Under the pieces are notes generated by a model. That model was given only the letters and a program-made list of their open reading frames with translations. It was not told the DNA's origin and made no database searches. Shown here piece after piece: positions 38,540 through 49,972 of a stretch of DNA of 64,000 bases. Both the position numbers and the translations under genes were made by a program. Within the stretch, counting starts at the first letter, position 1; every line of letters begins with the position of its first letter. The stretch covers positions 14,448,001-14,512,000 of the forward strand of contig CM052818.1 in NCBI GenBank assembly GCA_028534125.1, written 5' to 3'. The DNA is from Lama glama. Lineage: Eukaryota.

Positions 38540-39950
38540 TGGGGTGCTCGCAGCCAACCAGAGGCTTTGGGGCCGGGCGAGCCGCTGGCGGTCTTCATTA
38601 GGGTCACGTACCATATGGCACAAATAAAGCCTCAGAACCCCCCGGAGGTACGGCTCCAGGGCAGGTCCGGCCTTTGAGAAGGGGGCTTACCTTGTAGCTG
38701 CTTGAATCTCCCTTCCAGCTGGTTATAGTTGTAAGGCACCTGCCCCGTGTAAGCCGGAGACAGCGGCCCGGAGATGCTAGACGTCCTGTGCAATTCCATT
38801 ATGCCCGGCGTAACGCCCCGGCGGGCTGCACGGTGGAAATCCCGCTTCGGCCCCCTCCTACCCCCATCCAACACGCAGCAGCTTCCGCAACGCTTGGCTC
38901 CCGGCCCGGGCTAAAAGGGCTGGACCTTAGGCAAGCCCCATTCCGGTCTGAAAGTCCAGCGGGGTGATCTGATAGCAAGTTGGCCGCAGGAGAGTCCACC
39001 TTAGCCCGGCCACTCACGCATCTAATTCCTTGTTGCTTTCCTTCCTTTCGTGGCCCTCGACTCTAACCTTGAAATAAATGAGTGAGGAGGGGCGGGAAGG
39101 CGGAGGGAGGGAGGCGCAAGCCCTACTTAAAATTTTTTGAAAATATGGCCAATCCTAAGCACGCCCTGGTCGCCGAGCCCAGGAGCTCGCGGGCGCAGCG
39201 CACACACCTCCTCCCGGCTGCCCGTGGCGGCCGCCGGTTTGTAATTTAATCAGGAGCCACTCGCCGTGCGCCCGGCGGTGATGTCACCTGATTAGCATAA
39301 CAGCATTGTAAAGGAAACGCAGGCTGTACCACGAGGGGCGCAGGGGAGGCCGGCCGGCCGCGGCCCCCCACCCACCGGCCGCCGCAGAGCCTCGACCCCC
39401 TGGCCGGGCTCAGGACGCGCCTGCAGCAGTGGTACCTTCCCAAACAAAGCTGCTGGAATTACGATCTTTTGTTGAGAGCCTCACGTAACGGAAAAGTCTC
39501 CGATTACTATCACATGAAAAGGAGGCGGCCGGTAGGGTAAGGAGCCCCGTAGGTCCCCGGCCCGGGCGGCTCATCCACTATTTAGCGTCTGCGGAGATCA
39601 CGCGGCCATGCGGACCGCGCACCTGGGCACGCGCGGCGTCCCCACCGCGCGGGCGCCAACCACGCGGCGGCGGCCGGGCCGTGCCAGCGGGTGAAAGTAA
39701 CGCAAAGTCCCCCTGGGCACTGGGCCGGGCCACGGCGAGGGTTGGGGGCGGGACGTGTTAAGTTCAGGCTCACGGAAGAATCTTCTCAACAGACTGCTGC
39801 TGCCAGCACGAGATGTTAAGCGGACGTTTTCTGGGGTAACTCCGGCCCTGTAATAGTAACTCGATAAAGATTTATGGGAGCACCGGTTTGCAAGGCATTG
39901 TGGGAGAAAGGTACACAGGTAAACACCTCCGGAATCCGTGACCGGGATGA
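38540..39950. promoter_or_regulatory. SPTBN1: CpG island / internal promoter of the short SPTBN1 isoform
   Basis: Abrupt rise in GC and CpG (gcggccgc, cgcgcggcg, ggccggccggccgcgg) around and upstream of the alternative first exon. Contains CCAAT (39149-39153), a GC box gggcggg (~39089-39096) and a pyrimidine-rich putative start region at ~39080-39115 on the minus strand. The TSS position is inferred. Confidence 0.85.
38691..38799 (-). CDS. SPTBN1: SPTBN1 alternative first coding exon (short N-terminus isoform, betaII-sigma2/ELF type), coding part 109 bp
   Basis: ATG at 38799 in strong context (ataATGG). Encodes MELHRTSSISGPLSPAYTGQVPYNYNQLEGRFKQLQ plus G, then donor AAG|GTAAGC (GT at 38690-38689). 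36 codons + 1 nt splice in frame to the 3899 exon (G|AT = Asp). Matches the known alternative N-terminus of beta-II spectrin. Confidence 0.95.
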
Positions 39951-41404
39951 TTGTGTGAACCAATGAGGAGATAAAAGAAATTACCCTCAAACCCTACTGT
40001 GATTTGTAAAACAAGGCTTTACACTTTTGAGCTCTTCAAAAATTTAAAACTCTCCTCCCTAGCTGCTTCTCCCACCAATCTCAACCAAAAATAAAATCCC
40101 CTACGTAGAAAATAACAGTGATCAAAATGTGTTCTTGGGAACACATAACTGACCCTAGTTACCCCCCACCCACCCATCCCCTTTCTCAGTAACTACAGGC
40201 AGACAACACAAGTTTAGCATTTCCAGCGTGGAGCCTTGAAGCCAGCCATACTCACTGAAGAAGGTGATGTCATTCCTAAGGGATTCCAGCCTGCACTAAA
40301 GAGATGGGCCTCCCTTCACCTCAGGTTTACTTTAGTCCCCAGGGCACTTGTAATTCAAGTAACTGCATCCTGTTCAGGGCTAAAGTTAAAGCAAACCCAG
40401 AGTCTAGCTAACTCCCCAACTCAGAACAACCCTACTCCTTCCATCCGCATGAATGTATTTAATTCCTCCAGTGTCAACCTTCAGCTTTCTAAAGCCAGGT
40501 CCAGGATTCAAAGACATGTCTGATCATCTAAGATGTAGAGCATTTTCCAAAGCCCCTTTACTGCAATTCAAAATGCTAACAGCAAGGTGGCAAAATGAGG
40601 GGTCTTGGAGGAGGCCTTTGGCTAGAATTCCCAAGACCTGAGTTCCCAGTCCTGGCCAAGCCTCTTAATCACCTATGACCTTAGAAGAAACACTGGATTC
40701 TTTCTAAACCTCCGCTGTCAGACAGGGATGATTAATGCCTGCCTACAAAGTTAACTGAGGGGATGACGTGAAAATGCCCTCATACTATTCAAAATTGGGT
40801 GTATTTCTTGCAAAATGCACCTTTTCTTGGATTTTCCCCACTGTATCACATCAAGGCTACAAAGTGTAGGATAGAGAATTTCCTCATTTGACATCTTTTT
40901 AACAGGCCCCTCTTCACTTTTAAATATACTGGTGAAGTGGTAAGTCTCTAAGTGTCCAGCTATGGGCACCAAAATGAGACTACAAAGTGCCTGCCAATTG
41001 ACAACACTTTATTTTTAATCTTTAAGCCACTTAGTGAATGGAGTATGAGTCACCACTCTTAGAGTCTCCCTTTCAGTTCCCTCTGGTATAGGGAAGGAGG
41101 TAAATTAAGCTTTCTAATTAGCCAGGTTACATGCAGTGTGATGAAGACAGAGGCTGGGACTAGTGCAGCCACACCCAATCCTAAAGAGCAGACAGAACAA
41201 GCCAGGAGCATTAGAACACAGGTATGTATTAGAAAGAAAGGTTTTGAGGCTAGGGGAGGATTTAATAACCCCACAGGGGCAGGAGGTGAGAAGTGGGAAC
41301 GCTCCGGTGTGATGGGGCCAGGGAAGAAGAGGACCCGACCCTGACAGGTTACATGACCACCTCTGCCGTGGCAGTGTGGAGAAGGTAAAGGCAGACCAGA
41401 GGCA

Positions 41405-42830
41405 CTCATCATTCTTTATTCCATGCAGTATCTACTGGACACCAACTGTGTGCAGGGCACATGGTCCAGTGTTTTGGAGGAGTCAAAGACAACTGCGAGA
41501 GTTGCTGGCCAAAGGAGATGGGGCAGATATGCCAAGAGTCCAAAACCAGAAGAACAAGGCAAGGGTTAGGTAGTGGAGCTACAAGAGTTCACAGGACAAG
41601 GAGGTCACATCTGCCTAGGAAGGCAGGTAGGAACAACTCCAGGAGGGACTGGCATTTGACCAGACCTGGAAGCACAGGTAGACTATCAACAGACTTGACA
41701 AGGGGGACGCCTCCTCTTCTAGCTGGGGGAAAGCAGCCCCAGGAAAGGCACCGGCACTGACTGGACTGTCTGGGGAACAGCACCAGTGAGGGCTACTATT
41801 TGACTGAAGTACAAGGGACAACGGTCAGGGAGGAGGGAAGCCAAGAGAAGCAGGCTTGGGACCACTGGAGATTTTTGAGCCAGAGGAGGATGGGATCTGG
41901 GTTGGGCTTTTGGGACGATTAATCTGGCAGTGGTAGATTAGAATGGGTGGGAAGGACAGACACCGAAGGCAGCAAGGTCCACTTGTCCAGATCAAAGGGC
42001 CAGTCAGGGTGTGGAAACAGGAACAAAAAGGAATGCACTGATGCAAGAGTTAATCCAGAGGACTCTGGTAACCAACTAAAGCCCTATGGGACTTCAAAGG
42101 CTTTGGGAGGTTCAAAGGCTTAGGCTGAAGAGGACTCTGGGGTTTTAGAACTGGCTGTGGAGTATGGGGAGGATTGAACATTTCCTTCCAGACAGGCTGC
42201 ACCACCACGGGGGGCATTTCCAGAAATGGTTGGGGACATGGACACAGAGTTCAAGGCTGAAGATACAGCCCGTGCACAGTAGGCTGAAGTCTAGGAAGGG
42301 ACATAAGAGGCAAGGGCCCAAGCAGAGAGCATCTGGGACAGCATCTGGGAGGGAGGAGAAACAAGAGCAGAGAAACCAAGGAGTTACAGAATGAAAATCC
42401 AAGAGAGGGGAGAGAGACTCGAGCAGGTAAGGTGGCACCATGTGCTGCAGAAAGAACATAGAACTAGCAGTCAGAGAAAAAGTGATCCAGTGTGTCAATC
42501 AGGAGGTCAGGGGGTAAGAAAAGCTGATGTGAAGTCACAGGAGTTGGAAAGTGAGGAGCAAAGGGAAGATGGAGGACAGGAAGGTGGAGGCGGTAAAGGT
42601 AAGACCAGGGAAGGGTTCTGAGGCACGTCCTCTGTGCACAGGCTCCAGCCCCAAGGTGGTACAGGCAGGAAAAGGCCAATGGGAGATGGCTCACAGGGGT
42701 AGGTGGCCTGTGTTAGCCTCAGCCAAGGAGGTCAGCTTACCTTCAGAGGCAGGAGGGCAAGGACGGAGACATTCTGAGGAGGAAAGCAGGAATGTAAAGG
42801 TGCTTGCCCAGCTCTAATTTAATAAAGCAA
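41405..42830 (-). mobile_element. Long degraded L2 fragment
   Basis: Starts with the reverse L2 tail (cattctttattccatgcagtatctactggacaccaactgtgtgcagggcac), then a purine-rich reverse-L2 body (gattaatctggcagtgg, gagttcaaggctgaagatacag). Confidence 0.65.
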
Positions 42831-43559
42831 GAGGCCAGGGGTCCAAGTCACAGTTTTATTTATAGTGATCTAGGAAAAAGAACGCTGCGGACATCTCCAG
42901 CAGAAACATGCAGCCGATGACTGGGGACAGCAAGGCAGGGAGAGTTTTCAGAATGTTCAGTGGTCGAGCTTCCTGAAGAAACAGACCCTGCAATTTTACC
43001 CTATCCTCGCCATCTTTTCTAATCTAAAAAATGACTGTCCCTCACCCACACCACCAAGGATACGGACACATGTGGCCAACTCTGACGAGTGGTTCTGCCT
43101 GCCTTCAAGCTGCATGAAGATTCCAAGGCACAATGAAAGATGGCCACTACCGACTGGTAAAGTCAGCTATGGGACTGAAGCAACTGAGCCCAAGTCACAT
43201 GTATCTGCTGACCTTGTGATGCCAGAAAGGTAAAACCCAGTCATTCCAGTGATCTGCAGACAGCACAAACTAGAAGTGCTGTGGTGTGGTGGAAAGACTC
43301 AAGCCCACAGCCAGGCACTCAGGCTCACCCCAACTCCGGAGGACCACCCAGGAGACAAGGAATTGCATGTGTGTCCTACCCCGCTGGGCCCTGCAATCCT
43401 CACTCATAAGTCAAATAGGCTGGAATCCATGGTCATAAAAATGCCTTCTGGTTCTAAATGTATTTATGACTTATTCAGGTTCCCTTCTCTTGGAGACTTA
43501 CACTGTAGTCCCAATTAACATCAATCTCCACATGAACTGAATGGCCATAATAACATCAC

Positions 43560-43730
43560 AACATTACGGCTATAAAATACTTTCACATACATTTTCTTCA
43601 GTGAGATAGGTACCGTGTCCATTTTGCAGACAAGGCAACAGAGGTTCAGAGAGAAGCAATGCCTTGCCCAGGGCCCCACAGTTGGTGAAGCAGTCACACC
43701 TGGACAGCAGACCTACCAGTCTAGTGCCCC
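43560..43730 (-). mobile_element. MIR
   Basis: ccattttgcagacaaggcaacagaggttcagagagaagcaatgccttgcccagggccccacag. Confidence 0.75.
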
Positions 43731-46700
43731 GAGTATATGAGCTTACTAATGGTTTCTACACTTTTCAGAAAACCCCTAAGACTCGATAAATGATCTCAAG
43801 GCAAACCTAAAACCCAAGCAAGCCTCCACATGAGCCTATAAATACTTAAGTTTGGGTCAGGACCGGGCACATTCTCTGCTGGTTCACACCAAAGTTACTA
43901 CTTAGAGGGTTCTCTTGCTGGGAATGGGTTTTGTTTGATCTTGTTTGGGTTTGGTTTTATTCCTTTTCTCATACTTGGTGGACCTGTAGCTGAGATTCTG
44001 TATGACTTAGCATGTAGCACATGAATGGGAACACTAAGGGGGTGAGATGAAACCTCTGATTGTTACAAAAGGCTTTATATAGTCTGGGCGGTCAAAAAAA
44101 AAAAAAAAGGAACACTTTTCCTGCATTACAGGGAGCTTGAAAGGGTAAGCCATGGGGTGGTTGATTTCCTGAACATCTAAACAGTAACAAGACTGAAAAT
44201 GTCTGGGAGAGGATGGCCAAAATGCTAAGATGTGGGATTTGTACACATTCAAGGACTTGAAAACACCAACCCAAGAGCTGGGAAAAGGTGGTAGGAATAG
44301 AGAGGGACAGAAAACAACAAGGTTTCACATATAAACTTTTCTGCCAAATTCTCTGCTGCTTTCTGTCGCTGTTTCCAGATCTGCCTTTTGTTCATTGCTG
44401 TCAAATCCCTTGACAGATGGATGACCACAGCCAATTTCTCCTAAGCATTTCTTTACAGGAAACCAAAATACTACCACCAAAATAATCCTCTTCCACCGCT
44501 GTGGCCAGACAGAGAAGCCAGCTCCAAATCACGCCACTGCGTTTACGCTCCACACAGCTAAAGCTTACATGATCTTTCTGCCTCATTTCTCCAGTTCTAC
44601 TTCTGTCTTTCCTCTCAGGCCCAGCTGCTCCATCCTGCGGGAGCCCCCGGCCCACTTCCCCTAGTCTTGAATTCTCAACTGTGATCTTTCTTCTTCTATT
44701 TCTACTCTATAATGCCTGGAGAGTCTCCCTCCTGAGAATTACCTATTTCCCGCATTCCTCACTGCCCAAAGCTTGCCTCAGGATGTGTCTTCTCTTAGAA
44801 ACCCATCGCTTTCTCAATGGAAATTGCCTTCCTGACCAGAAAACTCAACCAAGCCTACAGCCATGAAACCCAGCCAAAACCAGAAAACAAAAAGTTATCT
44901 GAAACCTCCTCTTCCCATCCCAAAGAACAATTTTCACTAAGTCCCACTGGCAGAATACATCTGTGACAATGGCATTTGTGTGCCATTGCTACCTGTTTGC
45001 CACCCTTCCAGAACATCTCCCTTCTCAGGGCCCATGGCCTGGGCAGCTGAAAGCCGTCAGCAGCAACGCCCCTCCGTCACATCCCACACGACTCCTAGGT
45101 CAGGACTGAGACCAGCCCTCTCCTTACCCCTAGAGTACCCACTGAGCAGCTGCGTCGAGGTTTGGAAATGCAAAGCTGGAGGAAGAAAGGTGATTAAAAA
45201 CAGACTTGGAATCTAGGAAGCTGCCTCTGCCACTTCCTACTTTGTGATTCACTGAGCCTGAAAAATGGGTACAATAATGGGACCAACCTCATAGAGTTTT
45301 TCTACGACTGAGTTAAATGTTCAGAAAGACCTGTCCTAGCAGCTATGATCACTATTAAACTCCTCGTAGAGGAAATTTCAAAAACTAATTCCACCCCACC
45401 TCTTCACCGAGGAAGCTACCCGCTGGAGGATGCCGTGGGTTCCACGTGGAATCACCATCCTCAGGCTGGGAACCAGAGTGGTCACCCCTTTGGATCTGGG
45501 GACAAGGACAGTTCGGAATAGCAGGACCACTCCTCCTCCTGGGAGGGACTGACAAACCCCCTTCCCTTCTCTTTAACTCACCCCATTACACACTGGGAAA
45601 GGCATATTCCAAATCATATTTTAGTCATAAAAGTAGCAGTGTCTCAGAGATAGCAAGAACACAATCCTCACCATGAAATAAGTTATGAGAGGCCTATGTT
45701 TTCAGAAAGGCCAATGTCTGTTTGAGGTGGGGCTATCAGATTTGATACTTCAGGACTTAGCATAACAAGAACAAAGATTAAAGGGAGGGTTAAAGGTATT
45801 TTCCATTGACAACAATTGCTAACTCTGTTCCTTGGAGGCCATGGATGGATGGATGGATGGATTTCTCCCTCCCTTCCCCTGCCACACTCCATTCCCACAA
45901 AATCACCTACTTATATGGCTGAAATACCAGGGCAAATCTAATTTTTATTCATATCCTCTTCCCGTTTCTTGTCCCACTGGTCACAGCAGAACTGAATACA
46001 AAGCACTGACATCTCTGCTGAGAAGGAGAAAAATGGCAAGTTACACTCAGTGACAAGCACCCAAGGTCCAGGGGAAGGAAGGAATGCAGTTTATTGAATC
46101 TTCAGCCCCAGCCAAACCTTATCCTGCATTCTTATCTCATCTGTTATCTGCACACACAAAGCTGCCCTGTACAGGCAAAAGAATGCCCCAGTCCAGAGGC
46201 CCCACCTTTGGCAAACAGGTGTTGCTATGCCTGTGAGTATGTAACACCAGCCAGCGCCAAGACCGGGCTCCTCGCTACAGGTAGAGTGGTTCAGAGGAAA
46301 GAACAGCTGAGGAATGCAGCGGGCCCAGGCCTGCGCTTGCCCAGGATTCTTGGTTCCGCTTCCCACCTCCAGTGTGGAGGGAAGAGGCTGACAGACACAG
46401 GTGTTCAGAGCCATCAGGCCAGAGTTTCACAAGGAGACAGGTGGGGCAGTGAGAAGACGCTGTCTCCTGGTGGCACTGCTCCTGGGAAAGACATGGGGAA
46501 AGAGGAAATACAAATCTAGCCTTTGGGAAAACAGGCCTTTGGACCTTACCCACAGCCATTCATACCCAGATTATCTTTTCCAGGACCTTAACACAGTCTG
46601 GCTGTAATGAGAAAAGGTGAAAAGAGCAGGCTGAACAGGCACCTGGAGAGGAGAGGAGAGGAGAGGAGGAGGGGAGTGGGGGATTTAAGCCTCATCATCA

Positions 46701-49302
46701 AGACACAGGCCCCACACTGCCTGGTCTGCAGAGAGCAAACGCCAACCCATCCAACAAGTTCTCAGCCCCACCATGTCCTCAGCACAGGCCATCAGAGGGC
46801 CCCCCACATTGTAAGAAGTGATTTCTTCTCTGCAGGTACTTCCTAGCTGAGGAAGCAGGACACACAGGCATGACACACAAAGACGTGGTAGAATAGAACA
46901 AGTGACGTTAGTGACAGTTACAGTGAGCACCACTCTGAATGGACCGACAACAGCGTTCTCCTTGGCTGAGAAAAGACCAGAGCAGAATGGGGTTTCTGCC
47001 CCCCGAATGCTCTCTGTTGCTCTACCATCATATTCACAATTTTAATGTGGCTTCTAACTAAATCACTTTCAACAGGCGCCATACTACCACGAGTGCGTAG
47101 TGTATTGTATTTATTAATTGGGGTAGAGGCGGAGCTGATTTCTTGCTCTTTGAAAAACAGGCCCCGATTACCCAGGTGCAGGGCCACGGAGCAGCACGTG
47201 CAGCTCTGGCGTGTTAAAACGTGAAATATTTTAAGGGTGCAACCATTCCTTCCTCCTTGGCACCTGAGCTTCTGCCGATCCCTCAATGAGATAGCACAGC
47301 CTCCTTCCCACAGGACTTTGCCAGGCAGTCACTGGCTGGGCACAGGCCCTGAATAATTCATGGGCAGCCTGCTCACCCAGGAGCACCAAGGCCCACCAGC
47401 TGCCATCCACTGGGAGGCAGGCTCCAGGCTTACAGTGAAAGAATGAATACTATCAACTCCCTTGGAGACCTTCTTTACAGAAATGGACCATCCATCCCTG
47501 ACTTTTACTGACTGACTTTCACTCTAAGGTGGACAGGTCCCAGGTATAGATGGGGTGGGGAGAAATTGATGTCCTCAAACAAGCGCTTGGTCAGGATGTC
47601 AATCCCCTTTCCAGCATGCTGAGATGATGCAGGTAAAGGGCCAGACACTGTGCCTGACACTAGACAGATGCTCAATAAATGCCAGTCCTCGTCCCCTACC
47701 CCTACCTGTCCCTCTGCTCCAGCCAAATCTGATCCAAGCCTCACCACCTGTCTCGGGCTTTCCCACCTCCATGCCTCTGCTCTTGGTGCTCTCCTGCTCT
47801 CTCCCTTTCAGTCTAGAGTCCACCTATCCTCTAAAGTCCACCCATCCTTCAAGCCCAGCTCAAAACTTCCCTCCTCCAGGAAGGCTTCCCAGATATTCCG
47901 TCTGAGACGATTGCTCCTTCTCAGAAACCCAATACCCATGCTGTCAGCCCCCCTCATCTGGCACCTTTCCTGCGCTGCCTTATAGTAGTGCTTATCTCTT
48001 CTTGGGTACCAATCTTATCTACCTAATTAAAATAATGGAGAGTGCCCCAGTGACAGACTCAAGAGAAGTCAAAAGTGGGCTCCAGTCTCAGCTTTTGACA
48101 CTGACTAGCCTTGCTGACCCTGAGTCAGTGCCTCAACTTCTCACAATGCTCTCCCTAAAGCCCAAGGGATCTGCAAGAGAACATCTCTAAGATCCTCTGG
48201 ATAGAACGCTCTTGGAAATACACCATTTTCTGTTTTAGGGTGGATACAAACCTTATATAACCTTCACTCCATACCTAGCCCAATATCCTCTAAGAAACAA
48301 TTGTTCAAAGGCAATTCAGCCATTTCAGAAACCTCAACACTGAACAGAAGCCTGAATAGAGCCACAGGGCCTCCTCCACCTTATAGAAACCCCTGTCCCG
48401 ACCAAACCTTAATCCTTCCCAACGACAAGAGAGCTAGAACTCCTGACAGGTGTCAAGAAGGTCCTTTGCAAAATTCATTCACCTGAACCAACCATCTTAT
48501 TTATAGAGAAGTAAAACGAGGCAGAGTGGCATGGCCAGAGACAGAGTAAGTCACTGTGCACCAGTACCCAGAAAATAGGCCTCCTGAACTCCTGCTGCCT
48601 CTTTCATTCCTAGGGAACACCTGAAGGTATCGGGAGCCAAGGACAAAGGACGTGACACCCATTTCTCATGCCTTTCAGTCAGTGAAGCAGGCCCAGGGCT
48701 TAAAATCAGGAAGCACGAAACCTCATTCACCCCTCTCCCACTTCACCTTCCAGCATCCAACACCAAGTTGGAGCCAGCAGGCTTGTACTAAGACGACCCG
48801 AATCTTTCCGTGTTCTCCAACGTCCAACTTGTACCCGCCCAGAGAGGAGGCCCCAGGCTGTGGTCCTGGCCCCTCTGATCTCAGCCTCCCAGCCCAGCAG
48901 AGAACCAATACACAGTCAGCCCTAAAGGAACGGAACCCCAGGGTCTGTTGTTCAAATCCCCTTCTCTCGGTCTTCTTCACTGGACTTTTCTCTATTATTG
49001 TGATGTTCAAAGGGGACAGTTTATTCAGGAGGCATTTTTAAAAAGAATATCTGACAGATGGATTTAGTCATTATAACTAACTTTAATGTTAGGTAAAGAA
49101 TGAAGTTGGAGAAGAGAGAGACTAAGCTCTTTTCTAAAACCCGCCAAGTTCACCCATAACCACCTTTCTACTCACCTTTTTTATTACCATTTCTATCACC
49201 CTTTTAATTACCACTTACCAGGAAAAACATGAATTATGACCATGATGGTATCTTTTCTCCATTGCATCTTATCTTAATAACATAATAAAAGCTTCACTAA
49301 AG

Positions 49303-49972
49303 GATGGGGAGAAATTGGAACCCTTGTGCACTGTTGGTGGGAATGTAAAATGGTGCAGCTGCTATGAAAAAGTATGATGGTTTCTTAAAGAATTAAAAAT
49401 GGAATTACATGTGATCCAGCAATCCCAATTCTGGGTTTCTCCAAAAGAACTGAAAGCAGAATCTCAAAGAGACACTTGCACACCCATGTTCACCACAGCA
49501 TTATTCACAAGAGCCAAGAGGTGGAAGTAATCCAAATGCCCACGAGTGAATGAATGGATGAAGAAAACGTGGAACATACGTACAACGGGATATTATTCAG
49601 CCTTAAAAGAGAAGGTCATTCTGTCACCTGCTACAACATGGATGAACTTGAGGACACTATGTTAAGTCATTATGAAAAAAGGCAGTCATAAAAAGACAGG
49701 TAACATACAACTCCACTTACATCAGGTACCTGGAGTAGTCAAACTCAAGGAAACAAACAAAGTAGAATGGAGGTTGCCAGGAGCTGGGAGAAGGGGAACG
49801 GGGAGTTGTTATTTAATGGGTATTGAGTTTCAGTTTTGCAAGATGAAAAAGTTCCAGAGATCTGCTACATAACAATGTCAACATAGTTAACACTACTGAA
49901 CTGTACACTTAAAAATAGTTAACATGGTAAGTTTTATGTTTTTTAACCATATTTTAAAATAAAATAAAATTT
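49303..49972 (+). mobile_element. Old L1 (L1MA/L1MB type) 3' fragment with degenerate 17-bp TSD
   Basis: gagaaattggaacccttgtgcactgttggtgggaatgtaaaatggtgcagc...gatccagcaatccc...acactactgaactgtacacttaaaaat. Flanks taaaagcttcactaaag (49286-49302) and taaaagctttagtaaag (49973-49989). Confidence 0.9.

Larger units (their letters stand above)
3900..38690 (-). other. SPTBN1: SPTBN1 intron (~34.8 kb, phase 1, GT-AG) between the alternative first exon and the CH1 exon
   Basis: Canonical donor and acceptor; reading frame is kept across the junction. Confidence 0.9.

Noticed and set aside
38800..38874. In-frame GTG/TTG-initiated N-terminal extension of the MELH exon
   Set aside because: Near-cognate starts in a GC-rich UTR keep frames open by chance. 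The ATG at 38799 has a strong context and matches the known N-terminus.
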